64,000 nucleotides of DNA from an uncultured Gemmatimonadales bacterium (lineage in GTDB: Bacteria; Gemmatimonadota; Gemmatimonadetes; Longimicrobiales; RSA9), in assembly GCA_963783305.1 (NCBI GenBank), contig CAWAMW010000013.1, positions 32,001 through 96,000 on the forward strand. The letters run 5' to 3'. Below the pieces are notes generated by a model. It did no database searches and was not told the origin of the DNA. It was given only the letters and a program-made list of their open reading frames with translations. Below are positions 10,208 through 19,965 of the stretch, one piece after another. A program made the translations under genes and the position numbers. Numbering within the stretch: the first letter of the stretch is position 1; each line of letters starts with the position of its first letter.

Positions 10208-10919
10208 CCGGGAGCATCATATCCGGGTGCCTCGAACCGCGCGGTATCGGGTGCTCGGGGACCCCTCCTGCAGCAGGGAGGTCTGGTTCGTCCTCCACGG
10301 GTATCGACAGCTCGCGGAGCGATTCATCGGAGCGTTTCAGGCGCTGCCCGGCGCGGGCGAGACCCGCGCCGTGGTGGCGCCCGAGGCGCTTTCGCGTTTC
10401 TACATCGAGTCCGAGGTGGGGCCGCACGATGGGGAATCCCGTGTGGGCGCCACGTGGATGACGCGGGCGGATCGTGAGCATGAGATCCGGGACTACGTGG
10501 AGTACCTGGACCGGGTGGCGGGTGAAGTGCTGGTGGGGGGAGCGGGATCGGCGACGGGGGCGGAGGCACCGGACGCCGCGCCGCTGGACGCGGGCGATCG
10601 GAGGGTGGTGGTGCTGGGCTTCTCGCAGGGAGCGGAGACGGCGTCGCGGTGGGTGACGTACGGTCGGATCCGGCCGGCGGAGCTCGTGCTGTGGGGCGGG
10701 GGCCTGGCGGTGGACGTGGAAGCTGCCGACGTGCGCGACGCGCTGGCGGGTGTCGAGGTCCGGCTCGTCTCGGGGAGCGGTGACCGGTGGGGTCTGCAGC
10801 GGGGCGCGGATACCGAGGCTCGGCTGCGGGAGGTGGGCATCGTCCCGGAGCGAGTCCGCTACGAGGGCGGACACGTGGTGGCGCCGGAGGTCCTGGCCGG
10901 GAGCTGGCCTATTCGGTAG
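10203..10919 (+). CDS. alpha/beta hydrolase (phospholipase/carboxylesterase); start uncertain
   Basis: LHGY, GFSQG nucleophile elbow, GGH; candidate starts ATT 10203, GTG 10227 or GTG 10134. Confidence 0.8.
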   Translation: MSREHHIRVPRTARYRVLGDPSCSREVWFVLHGYRQLAERFIGAFQALPGAGETRAVVAPEALSRFYIESEVGPHDGESRVGATWMTRADREHEIRDYVEYLDRVAGEVLVGGAGSATGAEAPDAAPLDAGDRRVVVLGFSQGAETASRWVTYGRIRPAELVLWGGGLAVDVEAADVRDALAGVEVRLVSGSGDRWGLQRGADTEARLREVGIVPERVRYEGGHVVAPEVLAGSWPIR

Positions 10920-11475
10920 CCGCGAGGCTGGATTCCACCGCCCGGATGAGCTCCGGATCCCCCCGCTGGAAGGCGCCCAGGTGGCGCCACGCGATGCGGC
11001 CCTCCCGATCGATGAGCACCGTCAGCGGGACCCCCATGGCCCCGAAGGTGGAGACCGCCGTCTGGTCCGGATCCCACCAGACCTCGTAGGTCATCCCGAA
11101 CCGCTCGATGAAGTCGTGGACCTGCGACTCCGCGCTGCGGCTGTCCACCGTGACCCCCACCACGTGCAGCCCCTCGTCACCGTGCTCCTCGTGGAGCGCC
11201 TGCAGCTCCGGGATCTCCTGACGGCAGGGCGTGCACCAGGTGGCCCAGACGTTCAGCAGCACGACCTCGCCTTCCAGGTCGGCGAGCGACACCGCCGCGC
11301 CCCCCAGGTCTTTCGCGCTGAATGACGGCGCCATCTCGTTCGCCACGGCCGCACCGCCGGCGTCCGTCCCGCCGCCCACCGTGGCCGCGCTCCCGCGTGC
11401 GGCATCCCCATCGTCCGCGCGGCAGGCGGTCGAGCCGATCAGCATGGTGAGCAGGATCATCCTCCGGACCCGCAT
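10909..11475 (-). CDS. TlpA/ResA-family thiol-disulfide reductase lipoprotein
   Basis: LNVWATWCTPCRQEIP; GVPLTVLIDREG; lipobox-like STAC. Confidence 0.88.
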   Translation of the reverse strand: MRVRRMILLTMLIGSTACRADDGDAARGSAATVGGGTDAGGAAVANEMAPSFSAKDLGGAAVSLADLEGEVVLLNVWATWCTPCRQEIPELQALHEEHGDEGLHVVGVTVDSRSAESQVHDFIERFGMTYEVWWDPDQTAVSTFGAMGVPLTVLIDREGRIAWRHLGAFQRGDPELIRAVESSLAATE

Positions 11476-12803
11476 CACTCGCCGCCTTCCGTGCCGCCGG
11501 GCAGCCGCGCCGTGGCCGTACGCACGGTCGGCTCCTCCCCGCCCTCGGTCCAGGCGAAGAAGACGCGGTCCCCTGAGTGGACCATGCGGGGGAAACCGCT
11601 GGCGCGTTCGGCGGCCGTGCCGGTGACGGGTGTAAGCGGCCCCGCGCCGTCGGCGCTCACGGGCCGCACCCGGATCTCGGCGGCGCCATTCACCCGCTCG
11701 AGCCATGTCACAACCGCCGTGCCCGAGTCCAGCAGGACCAGGTCGACGCGACCCATGGCTCCGCCCTCGTCGACACGCACGGGCTCGCTGAACGTGGCGC
11801 CTGCATCCTGCGAGAACGCGGCGAGCACGCGACCCTGCGAGCCGGCCGCGCGGATCTCCTCGCGTCCGGCCGTGGAGTCCAGCGGCGCGCCCGTGAACCA
11901 GACGACGGCCACGTCGTCGTCGCGGGCATCGATGGACGGGCCGTTCACCGGGCAGCCGGGGATCACCCAGCCGTCCTCGTGGACCGCCATTGGCGCGGTC
12001 CACTCGCCGTCCACCCGCCTCACGACGTGGATGTCACGGACCTCCTCGGCGGTGCGGTCGCGGTACACCACGATGGGACCGTTGGAGGTGGTGGCGAGGC
12101 CCGTCTGGCAGCAGTCGCAGACGCTCGAGTCCAGCAGCGCCTCGGGGCCCAGCTCGCCGTCGGGAGAGACGGTGGTGAAGCGAAGCGTCATCGGCTCGCC
12201 TCCGACGGTCTCGCGACCGTCCAGCCAGCTCATGCCGATCTCCGCGCCCAGGGGATAGAGCGAAACGAACCCGTGCTCTGCCGAAACACCGTCACGGTGC
12301 GGGACGCTGCCTTCGCTCCACGTCTCCCCGCCGTCGCGTGAAGTGGCGACCCGGACATCATAGGCGTACGGGCTGGAGCCGCTCTTCTGGAGCCAGTGGG
12401 CGGCCAACGTGCCGTCCTCGAGGGCGGTGAACGCGGGGAAGTCGGCCCAGTTGACGAAGAGGTCGTTCCGGTCCATCACCTGCCCCGGCTCACCCCAGGC
12501 GTCCCCTTCCCAGCGGGCGAACCGAAGGGCGTACGAGGCCGTGTCGGTCCCCTCCAGCCAGCTCAGGTACACGCCCGCCGGGCTGGCCACCAGGTTCGGC
12601 TCGCCGCTGTCCGGCCCCGCCGGGCTCTGCACGGCGGTGGGTGCGGGAACCGCCTCGGTCGGGGCGCCATCCGTGCCGTCCCCGCCGCGCGCCGTTGCGG
12701 CGCCGTCCGCGCAGGCGAGCGCCCCGAGGGCGAGCGTGATCGACGCGACGCCGGCGATGCGGGCGCGCTTTCGCTGATGCGGATGTTGTCCTGCTGGGGT
12801 CAT
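11475..12803 (-). CDS. BNR/sialidase-like beta-propeller lipoprotein
   Basis: Asp-boxes SRDGGETW and SQDAGATF; NWADFP; VCDCC; GCPVNGP; lipobox ALAC. Confidence 0.75.
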   Translation of the reverse strand: MTPAGQHPHQRKRARIAGVASITLALGALACADGAATARGGDGTDGAPTEAVPAPTAVQSPAGPDSGEPNLVASPAGVYLSWLEGTDTASYALRFARWEGDAWGEPGQVMDRNDLFVNWADFPAFTALEDGTLAAHWLQKSGSSPYAYDVRVATSRDGGETWSEGSVPHRDGVSAEHGFVSLYPLGAEIGMSWLDGRETVGGEPMTLRFTTVSPDGELGPEALLDSSVCDCCQTGLATTSNGPIVVYRDRTAEEVRDIHVVRRVDGEWTAPMAVHEDGWVIPGCPVNGPSIDARDDDVAVVWFTGAPLDSTAGREEIRAAGSQGRVLAAFSQDAGATFSEPVRVDEGGAMGRVDLVLLDSGTAVVTWLERVNGAAEIRVRPVSADGAGPLTPVTGTAAERASGFPRMVHSGDRVFFAWTEGGEEPTVRTATARLPGGTEGGE

Positions 12804-12834
12804 TCGTCCTCACTGCGTAGGGAGCGCGGTCGCG

Positions 12835-13302
12835 TCAATTCAGTCGAACGATGGCGGCGTTCAGGGCTCCTGCGAAGGTCACCCATGCCAGGTACGGCAC
12901 CATGAGGGCGCCGGCCAGGGTGGAGTGCCGGAAGAACAGGATGGTGGTGGCGAGGATCGCGACCCACAGCGCGATGATCTCGACCAGGGCCCAGCCGGGC
13001 CTCTGGAGCGCGAAGAAGACGCCGGACCACGCCAGGTTGAGCGCCAGCTGCACGAAGAACATCCCGAGGGCGAGGCTGGCTCCGTCCGCGCCCGCGTTCT
13101 TCCAGACCAGCCACGCGGCCACGGCCATCATGGCGTAGAGTGTTGTCCAGACGGGACCGAAGAGCCAGGAAGGCGGGTTCCACGAGGGCTTGGCCAGCTG
13201 CATGAACCACTCGGGCATGCCCATGGACGTGAACCAGCCACCGACGCCCGCCACGGCGAAGCAGACGGCCAGGAACCCGAGGAGTGCGAGGAAGGTGCGC
13301 AT
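12835..13302 (-). CDS. tspO: TspO/MBR tryptophan-rich sensory protein
   Basis: LAKPSWNPPSWLFGPVWTTLY; LNLAWS; PYLAWVTFA. Confidence 0.9.
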   Translation of the reverse strand: MRTFLALLGFLAVCFAVAGVGGWFTSMGMPEWFMQLAKPSWNPPSWLFGPVWTTLYAMMAVAAWLVWKNAGADGASLALGMFFVQLALNLAWSGVFFALQRPGWALVEIIALWVAILATTILFFRHSTLAGALMVPYLAWVTFAGALNAAIVRLN

Positions 13303-14525
13303 CAGAACCACCCCTTGCGCTTGAAGAACAAGACGAGCCCGCCCGCGATCACCAGCATGACCGCCCACACCGCCGGGTAGCCCCAGTACCAGGCGAGCTC
13401 GGGCATGTTCCACGGGCTCGCCGCGGGGTCGAAGTTCATCCCGTAGATCCCGGCGATGAAGGTCAGGGGGATGAAGATGGTGGCGATGATCGTCAGCACC
13501 TTCATCACCTCGTTCATCCGATGGCTCACGCTCGACAGGTACACGTCGAGGAGCGCGCTCGCCATCTCGCGGTAGTTCTCCAGCAGGTCGATCACCTGGA
13601 TCGCGTGGTCGTACGCGTCGCGCAGGTAGATCCGGGTCTCGGGCGACACCAGCGCGAACTCGTCCCGATACAGCTGTCCCATGGCCTCCCGCATCGGCCA
13701 TACCGACTGGCGCAGCGCGAGTGCGTCCCGGCGGGCGCCGTGGATGACCCCCACCAGCTCCTCGCGGGGGTCATCGATCACTTCCTCTTCGAGAAACTCG
13801 AGGCGCGCGCCGAACTCCTCCAGCACGGGGTAGTAGCCGTCCACGACCGCGTCCAGGATCGCGTAGAACAGGTAATCGGACCCGGCAGCCCGGATCCGAC
13901 CGCGGCCGGCCCGCAGCCGCTCACGGACCGGCTCCCATACGTCCCCCTCCCGCTCCTGGAACGTCACCACCCAGTCCGCTCCCAGGAACAGGCTCACCTG
14001 CTCCGTGTCCACCCGTTCTCCGAGCGTGGCCATCCGGGCGACCGCGAACAGCGACTCCGGGTACTCCTCCACCTTCGGCCGCTGGTGCACGTTGACGACG
14101 TCCTCGAGCGCCAGGCGGTGGAGCCCGAATACCTCGCCGATCGCCGCTACCGCCTCGGCGTCCCCCACCCCCGTCGCGTCGATCCAGAGCGTGGGCCATC
14201 GGCCGCGGAGCGCGGCCAGATCGGCGGGCGAGGTGATCTCGACCTCCTCCAGCGTATCGGGGCCGTACCCGATCGCCCGGAGGACCGGCGGCTCGGCGTC
14301 GGGATGGGAGATGAGCGTGCCGGGCGCCGCGCCCACCGGAGACCGGCGCCGGAACGTGTGGACCCGGGGGAGCGGCACACCGGCCCTCGCGAGGCTCTTG
14401 CGGAGCCGGCGTGCGCTGTACGCCGCGGTCCACGCGACGCCCCGGGGGATGGATGCGGCCGCGTGGAGCGTCGCCATGGCGGCGTCGCCCGCGGCCTTCA
14501 GCGGGTCGTGGTTGTGTTCGGCCAT
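13302..14525 (-). CDS. corA: magnesium/cobalt transporter CorA
   Basis: GIYGMNF and MPEL motifs; HQRPKVE; two C-terminal TMs. Confidence 0.92.
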   Translation of the reverse strand: MAEHNHDPLKAAGDAAMATLHAAASIPRGVAWTAAYSARRLRKSLARAGVPLPRVHTFRRRSPVGAAPGTLISHPDAEPPVLRAIGYGPDTLEEVEITSPADLAALRGRWPTLWIDATGVGDAEAVAAIGEVFGLHRLALEDVVNVHQRPKVEEYPESLFAVARMATLGERVDTEQVSLFLGADWVVTFQEREGDVWEPVRERLRAGRGRIRAAGSDYLFYAILDAVVDGYYPVLEEFGARLEFLEEEVIDDPREELVGVIHGARRDALALRQSVWPMREAMGQLYRDEFALVSPETRIYLRDAYDHAIQVIDLLENYREMASALLDVYLSSVSHRMNEVMKVLTIIATIFIPLTFIAGIYGMNFDPAASPWNMPELAWYWGYPAVWAVMLVIAGGLVLFFKRKGWF

Positions 14526-14547
14526 GGGGACCGAATATAGGGCGTGG

Positions 14548-15180
14548 TCAGCGCCAATCCCAACGGACCAGCTCGGCGGTGGTCTCGTTGAGCGCCCGGA
14601 CCTCCACCCTCACGTAGTCGCCCGACCGGTAGTCGCGCAGCCGTTCGCGCTGCGCGGTGGTGGCCGTGCTGGGCAGATAAACCGGGAGCGAGCCGCCCTG
14701 CGTCATGTCGAGGGTGAACATCCAGCGGCTCAGGTCGATCTGGTTGATGGTGCCCTCGACCTGATGCACATCGGAGGGCGTCCCGCCGGTGGTCCCGCCG
14801 GTCGTCTCGCCGCGCCGCTCCTGCACGGACTGCACGACCTGGATCAGGTCCGTGTAGTAGCCCTGCTGGACCTGCTGGATGCGCATTTCCACCACATCAC
14901 CGTACTCCAGCGCGGTCACATCGTACTGCTGGTTCTCATAGACCACCTGCGTGTTCTGATCGAACAGGACCGCGCCCTGCTGGCCGTCCTGCGTACGCAC
15001 GATGATCTGCTGCTGCTGCTGCCGGACCTCCTGCACCTCCGCGGTCATGGTCGCCGGCGCCTGGCTGCCGCCCTGGCCGCCACCCGTCAGGATATCGCCA
15101 AGGCCACCGAGCCCGCCTCCGGCGCATGCGCCGAGCATGAGGGGGAGCGCGAAAAGCGGGAGTCGTCGTAATGTGGTCAT
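14548..15180 (-). CDS. hypothetical lipoprotein with two probable OB-fold-like repeats
   Basis: lipobox LGAC; two similar beta-rich halves ending GDVVEM and GDYVRV; RBS GAGGAGG. Confidence 0.7.
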   Translation of the reverse strand: MTTLRRLPLFALPLMLGACAGGGLGGLGDILTGGGQGGSQAPATMTAEVQEVRQQQQQIIVRTQDGQQGAVLFDQNTQVVYENQQYDVTALEYGDVVEMRIQQVQQGYYTDLIQVVQSVQERRGETTGGTTGGTPSDVHQVEGTINQIDLSRWMFTLDMTQGGSLPVYLPSTATTAQRERLRDYRSGDYVRVEVRALNETTAELVRWDWR

Positions 15181-15227
15181 GCGCCTCCTCGGGCGCTGAG
15201 TTATCAAGGCTGTCGGAGACGCTCTTC

Positions 15228-15243
15228 TGCAACGCCGGTGCCA
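15228..15243 (-). promoter_or_regulatory. sigma-54 promoter
   Basis: TGGCAC-CGGCG-TTGCA on minus strand, 48 nt upstream of ATG 15180. Confidence 0.7.
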
Positions 15244-15387
15244 GTCGCCCGCCCGCGGCCCTGCGCGCGCCGCCCTGGCGGGCATCGGCATTGAACCCTT
15301 TCCGCGGCCCGGGCATTACACTTGAGCAACCGCTCGGAGTGATCGACGCATCGCGGGGAATGGAGGTCGTACGTGCCGGCTGCCGGA

Positions 15388-16392
15388 ATGAGGGGTCGCT
15401 GCATCTTCTGCCACGGTGTGCTCCCGCCGAACCAGGCGATCGAGCACTTCCCCCTGGGTCAGCGCATCGCCTTCGACCCCGCACGGGGCCGGCTCTGGGC
15501 CGTCTGCCCGTCCTGCCACCGCTGGAACCTGGCTCCTTTCGAGGACCGCTGGGAGGCGCTGGAGGAGCTGGAGAAGGCGCGGGTGGACACCGGCCGCGTC
15601 CTGGCGAGCACCGACAATATCTCACTGGTCCAGGCGCCGGGCGTGGAGCTGGTACGGGTCGGACCCGCCCGTCTCGCCGAGGAGGCGTGGTGGCGCTATG
15701 GCAGCGACATGATGCGACGCCGCACGCGCGCCCGGCTCCTTGGCTGGACGGAGCAGGCGGCTGTGATCGGCGCGTCGATAGCGACAGGGGGTGCGTTCTA
15801 TCTCCTGCTGGGCGGCGACGGAATCAACAACCTGCTCCGCTGGCGGCGCTTCGGCTCCACGGCCTGGCGCGGCGCGGCGACGTGCGTCCGCTGTGGCGCC
15901 GAGATCAGCGATCTCACGTTCAAGGGAGCTCGCCGGCTCCACCTGTCCCGGGATTCGGAGGAAGACCTGGCGCTCCATCTCCGGTGCCGGAAGTGCCGTC
16001 TGCGCGGCAGGGAGGGCGAGCTCCGAATCGAAGGGCCCGCCGCCCGCCATGTCCTGCGACGGGTCGTCACCCACGGACACTACCGGGGCGCATCCGAGAA
16101 GCGCGTGCGCGATGCCACCGACTACATCGAGCAACGGGGCGCCCCGGACGTGGTGACGCGGGAGCTCATGGCCACCGGTCTGCGGGTCGACGCCCTCCTC
16201 GACCGACACCGCCGGACCCAGGCCGTTGCGCTGGAGATCGCCCTGAACGAAGAGAACGAGCGCCGTCTCCTCCAGATGGAGCTGCGGGAGCTGGAGGCCC
16301 GCTGGCGCGAGGAAGAGGAGCTCGCCGCCATCGTGGACGGCGAGCTCACCCCCGTGCGCGGCCTGGAGCGGCTCCTCCGGGGCGGGTTCTGA
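15388..16392 (+). CDS. hypothetical protein with four CxxC motifs
   Basis: CIFC, CPSC, CVRC, CRKC; central hydrophobic segment; acidic C-terminal helix. Confidence 0.7.
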   Translation: MRGRCIFCHGVLPPNQAIEHFPLGQRIAFDPARGRLWAVCPSCHRWNLAPFEDRWEALEELEKARVDTGRVLASTDNISLVQAPGVELVRVGPARLAEEAWWRYGSDMMRRRTRARLLGWTEQAAVIGASIATGGAFYLLLGGDGINNLLRWRRFGSTAWRGAATCVRCGAEISDLTFKGARRLHLSRDSEEDLALHLRCRKCRLRGREGELRIEGPAARHVLRRVVTHGHYRGASEKRVRDATDYIEQRGAPDVVTRELMATGLRVDALLDRHRRTQAVALEIALNEENERRLLQMELRELEARWREEEELAAIVDGELTPVRGLERLLRGGF

Positions 16393-16415
16393 CCCGCTCC
16401 GCGCGCCTGCCGAGG

Positions 16416-19400
16416 CTACTCGTCCATCGCCAGCGGGTCGAACCCGGCTTCCCGCAGCGCCGCACGGTAGGCGGGAATGCTCTCGTCGTAGAACGATTCG
16501 ATGTCGGCCAGCAGCGTGTCGGCCGCCGAGAGCTCCCATTCCAGCTGGGCCACCCGCCCGGGGGATGGACGGTACGGCGTCCCCACCGCCTCGCCCACCG
16601 CGCCCTGGAGCCGCGAAATGACGGTGGTGTCATCCACGATCCCCTTCGTGGGCGGCATGCGCAGCAGGGCGAGGAGCTCGTTCGCGTGCGCCTTCAGCTC
16701 GCCCGTCTTCTCCACCAGCGAGTCGCGGGTCGCCTCGTCGGCGCCCTTCCAGTCCTTCAGCCGCTTCTCGTAGAGGGCGAGCGTCTCACTGGTCTCGTCC
16801 AGACGACGGATCGCCGCCCGCAGCGTGCCGAGCTTCTCCTGACCGCGCCAGTACTCGTCCAGGCTCGACTGCAGGGCGGCCAGCGACTTCTCCCGGCGGG
16901 GGTCCGGCCGGACCTCCACCATGCCCTCCGCCGTGGCCTCGCCCACCGTGACGCGTACCGCGTACGTGCCGGGGAAGACCTCGGGGCCCCGGGGCTCCGC
17001 GTCGTCCTCGTCGGCGTCCGGGGCGGGCAGCCCCTTCCGCTCCAGCCCCCACACGATGCGGTTCACCCCCGCCTTCGCGGGGCCGTTCAGGGTCCGGACA
17101 ACGGTGTCTGCGTCCAGGACCTCGATCTTGGTGGGGCCGCTGGCGGCCGGCCCACCGCCGAACATGGCGGCGAACCCGGTCGGCCCCTCGGTCGGGCGGG
17201 CTGGCGCGGCGGAATCCGCCACGGCCGCGGCCGCGTCCGGCGAGACCCAGTAGCTGATGAGCGCGCCGTAGGGTCGGTTCGGGCCCTGATACTTCGTGTC
17301 GCCGGGGAAGTAGAACGGGCCGGTGATGCCGCGGTCGTGCTGGATGGCCGCGGGGACGTCGAAGAGGTAGACGGGCGTTTCCGTGACGCGGGCATTCGCC
17401 GCCATCGCCCGCAGCGGACGGATGTCGTCGATGATCCACGCGCCGCGGCCATGGGTCCCGATGGCGAGGTCGTGGTCGCGCGGGTGGACGACCAGGGCGC
17501 GCGTAGGCGCTCCGGCCGGGTAGTCGCCGTGGGTCCACTTCCTCCACTGGCTCCCGCCATCGAGGGAGAAGTAGAGGCCGAACTCGGAGCCGAGGAACAA
17601 CAGGTTCGGCTCCACCGGGTCCTCCTCGATCACGTGGACATACCCGTCCACCTGCTCCGGGGAGAGGGCGCGCCAGCTCCGGCCGTAGTCGTCCGTCCGG
17701 TAGATGTACGAGCTCCAGTCTCCGGTGCGATGACCGTCGAACACCACGTACGCGCGTCCGGCCACGTGCTTCGAGGCCTCGATATGGGGCACCCAGGTGT
17801 CCTCCGGCACGCCCCGGATCCGATCCACCACGTTGTTCCAGCTCGCGCCGCCATCCCGGGTCACCTGCACGTTGCCATCATCGGTGCCCACCCAGATCAC
17901 GCCGCGCTCCACCGGGCTCGGCGCGATGGTCATGATGGTGGTGTGGTTTTCCGCGGCCGTGACATCCAGTGTCAGCCCGCCCGACTCCCGCTGCTTCTGC
18001 TTCTCCGGGTCGTTCGTGGTGAGGTCCGGGCTGATGATCTCCCACGTCTCGCCGCGGTCCGGGCTGCGGTGGACGAACTGGCTGCCGTAGTAGAGGACGG
18101 TGGGATCGAACGGGTCGAGGGCGATCCCCGCGTTCCAGTTGAAGCGGAGCTCGGTGTCGGCGTCGGGCGCCGGCGGGCGGATGCTCTCGCCCCCCGACGT
18201 GGCCAGGTCGAATCGCTGCAGGCTGCCGCCCTGGCTCATGCTGTAGCCGAGCGTCGGGTCCGTCGGATCGATGAGGGCCGCGAAGCCATCGCCGAAGCCG
18301 AGCTCCTGCCAGTGGTGCGCCATGATGTTCGACCCGGCGAACGACGGCATCTCCCACACCTGGCTCGGGCCGCGCCACGAGCCGTTGTCCTGCAGGCCCC
18401 CGTACACGTTGAACGGTACCGCGTTGTCGACGCTCAGGTGGTAGAACTGGGCCAGGGGCAGGTTCTCGATGAAGCGCCAGGAGTCCCCGCGAGTGTGGCT
18501 GAAGTAGACGCCGCCGTCATTGCCCGTGATGATGGTGTGCCCATCCTCCGAGGCCCAGAACGCGTGATGGTCCACGTGCACGCTCGACCAGGGCGCGATG
18601 TTCTCGAACGTCCGCCCGCCATCCTCACTCATGGTCAGATCGCCGCTCACGCGGTACACCCGGTTCTCGTTCGTCGGGTCCACATAGATCCGGCTGTAGT
18701 AGAACGCGCGCTCGTTGACGTTCTGATCGCTGTTCACGGTGCGCCAGCTGGATCCGCCATCATCGCTGCGCAGCAGTGCGCTCTTCTCCGCTTCCACCAG
18801 CGCATACACCACCTTCGGATCGTTCGTGGCGAAGGCGAGGCCGATCCGGCCCAGGTCTCCGGCAGGGAGCCCGTCCTCGGGCGTCAGGCGTGCCCAGCTC
18901 TCACCACCGTCCCAGCTCTCCCACAATCCACTGCCGGGCCCGCCGCTCTCGAAGAACCACGGCCAGCGGCGGAACTCCCAGGTCGACGTCAGCAGGTGCT
19001 CCGGGTTCGACGGGTCGAGCACGATCTCGAACGCGCCCGTCCGTTCGTCCACGTACAGGACCTTCTCCCAGCTCGAACCGCCATCCACGGACTTGTAGAC
19101 ACCGCGCTCGTCGCCATCGCTCCAGGCGGGCCCCAGGGCCGTGAGCCATACCACGTCCGGGTCCTGCGGGTGCACCAGGATGGCCTCGATGTGCTCGGTG
19201 CCGGACAGCCCCAGGTACGACCAGCTCCGGCCGCCGTTGCTCGTCTTCCACACCCCGCGACCCACGCCCATGCTGTTCCGGGCGTTCGCCTCACCCGTCC
19301 CCACGTACGCCACGTCCGGCGCGCTCGGCGCGAACCCGATGGCGCCGATGGAGTTCACCGACAGCGAGTCCATGATGGGCTGCCACGTGAAGCCGCCATC

Positions 19401-19670
19401 CACCGACTTCCACAGCCCTCCCGTCGCGGCGCCCACCCAGACCTCCCGATCGTCGCGGGGCGAGACCGCGATGGCGGCCACCCGCCCCGAGGTCCCTGGG
19501 GGTCCGATCGGCCGCGCATCCATGGAGTGGAAGAGGGTGTCCACAGCCACGGCCGTGGGAGCCCGCTCCTGTTGGGCCGCCAGGGCAGAGGGTGATGCGC
19601 CCGCGCTGGCGCATGCGGACAGGACGGCGGCCGCGATCAGGGGCGCGGTCAGGGGAAGCGATCGTCGCAT
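16416..19670 (-). CDS. VPS10/sortilin-like BNR-repeat protein (putative glycosyl hydrolase)
   Basis: many SxDGGxxW Asp-boxes; GLQDNGSW; RFNWNA; signal/lipobox LSAC. Confidence 0.88.
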   Translation of the reverse strand: MRRSLPLTAPLIAAAVLSACASAGASPSALAAQQERAPTAVAVDTLFHSMDARPIGPPGTSGRVAAIAVSPRDDREVWVGAATGGLWKSVDGGFTWQPIMDSLSVNSIGAIGFAPSAPDVAYVGTGEANARNSMGVGRGVWKTSNGGRSWSYLGLSGTEHIEAILVHPQDPDVVWLTALGPAWSDGDERGVYKSVDGGSSWEKVLYVDERTGAFEIVLDPSNPEHLLTSTWEFRRWPWFFESGGPGSGLWESWDGGESWARLTPEDGLPAGDLGRIGLAFATNDPKVVYALVEAEKSALLRSDDGGSSWRTVNSDQNVNERAFYYSRIYVDPTNENRVYRVSGDLTMSEDGGRTFENIAPWSSVHVDHHAFWASEDGHTIITGNDGGVYFSHTRGDSWRFIENLPLAQFYHLSVDNAVPFNVYGGLQDNGSWRGPSQVWEMPSFAGSNIMAHHWQELGFGDGFAALIDPTDPTLGYSMSQGGSLQRFDLATSGGESIRPPAPDADTELRFNWNAGIALDPFDPTVLYYGSQFVHRSPDRGETWEIISPDLTTNDPEKQKQRESGGLTLDVTAAENHTTIMTIAPSPVERGVIWVGTDDGNVQVTRDGGASWNNVVDRIRGVPEDTWVPHIEASKHVAGRAYVVFDGHRTGDWSSYIYRTDDYGRSWRALSPEQVDGYVHVIEEDPVEPNLLFLGSEFGLYFSLDGGSQWRKWTHGDYPAGAPTRALVVHPRDHDLAIGTHGRGAWIIDDIRPLRAMAANARVTETPVYLFDVPAAIQHDRGITGPFYFPGDTKYQGPNRPYGALISYWVSPDAAAAVADSAAPARPTEGPTGFAAMFGGGPAASGPTKIEVLDADTVVRTLNGPAKAGVNRIVWGLERKGLPAPDADEDDAEPRGPEVFPGTYAVRVTVGEATAEGMVEVRPDPRREKSLAALQSSLDEYWRGQEKLGTLRAAIRRLDETSETLALYEKRLKDWKGADEATRDSLVEKTGELKAHANELLALLRMPPTKGIVDDTTVISRLQGAVGEAVGTPYRPSPGRVAQLEWELSAADTLLADIESFYDESIPAYRAALREAGFDPLAMDE

Positions 19671-19965
19671 ATCAGGACTCCGGTTGGGATATTGTGGGGA
19701 GCAAATAGTAGGAGGGAGGGCGGTCGTGCAGCAACCGCCCGGGGCGCGGAAGGCTGGCAGGGGAGCGTGGGGTCCCCGGCGCACGGGAGCGTGGCGTCGG
19801 TCGCGGCCGACGTCTAGTTTGGGACGAGCCGCCCGAACACCCGTCCGCGCGCCGCATTCCGCACCCGAACACCTCGAGGCTCCCAACGGGGGGCAGAGCT
19901 CCTGATGGAGCTTCCGCCCAATTACGTACTCCACTCGTGTTCCGACCATTTTCAGGGGAGATACC

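Noticed and set aside
15171..19595. 1474-aa plus-strand ORF
   Set aside because: Antisense shadow of the BNR/VPS10 gene; high-GC codon bias removes stops; no recognisable motifs.
19891..19940. TGATGGAGCTTCCGCC resembling the 5' part of a fluoride riboswitch
   Set aside because: The 3' GCTGATGACTCC element is absent, and the downstream gene is lemA.
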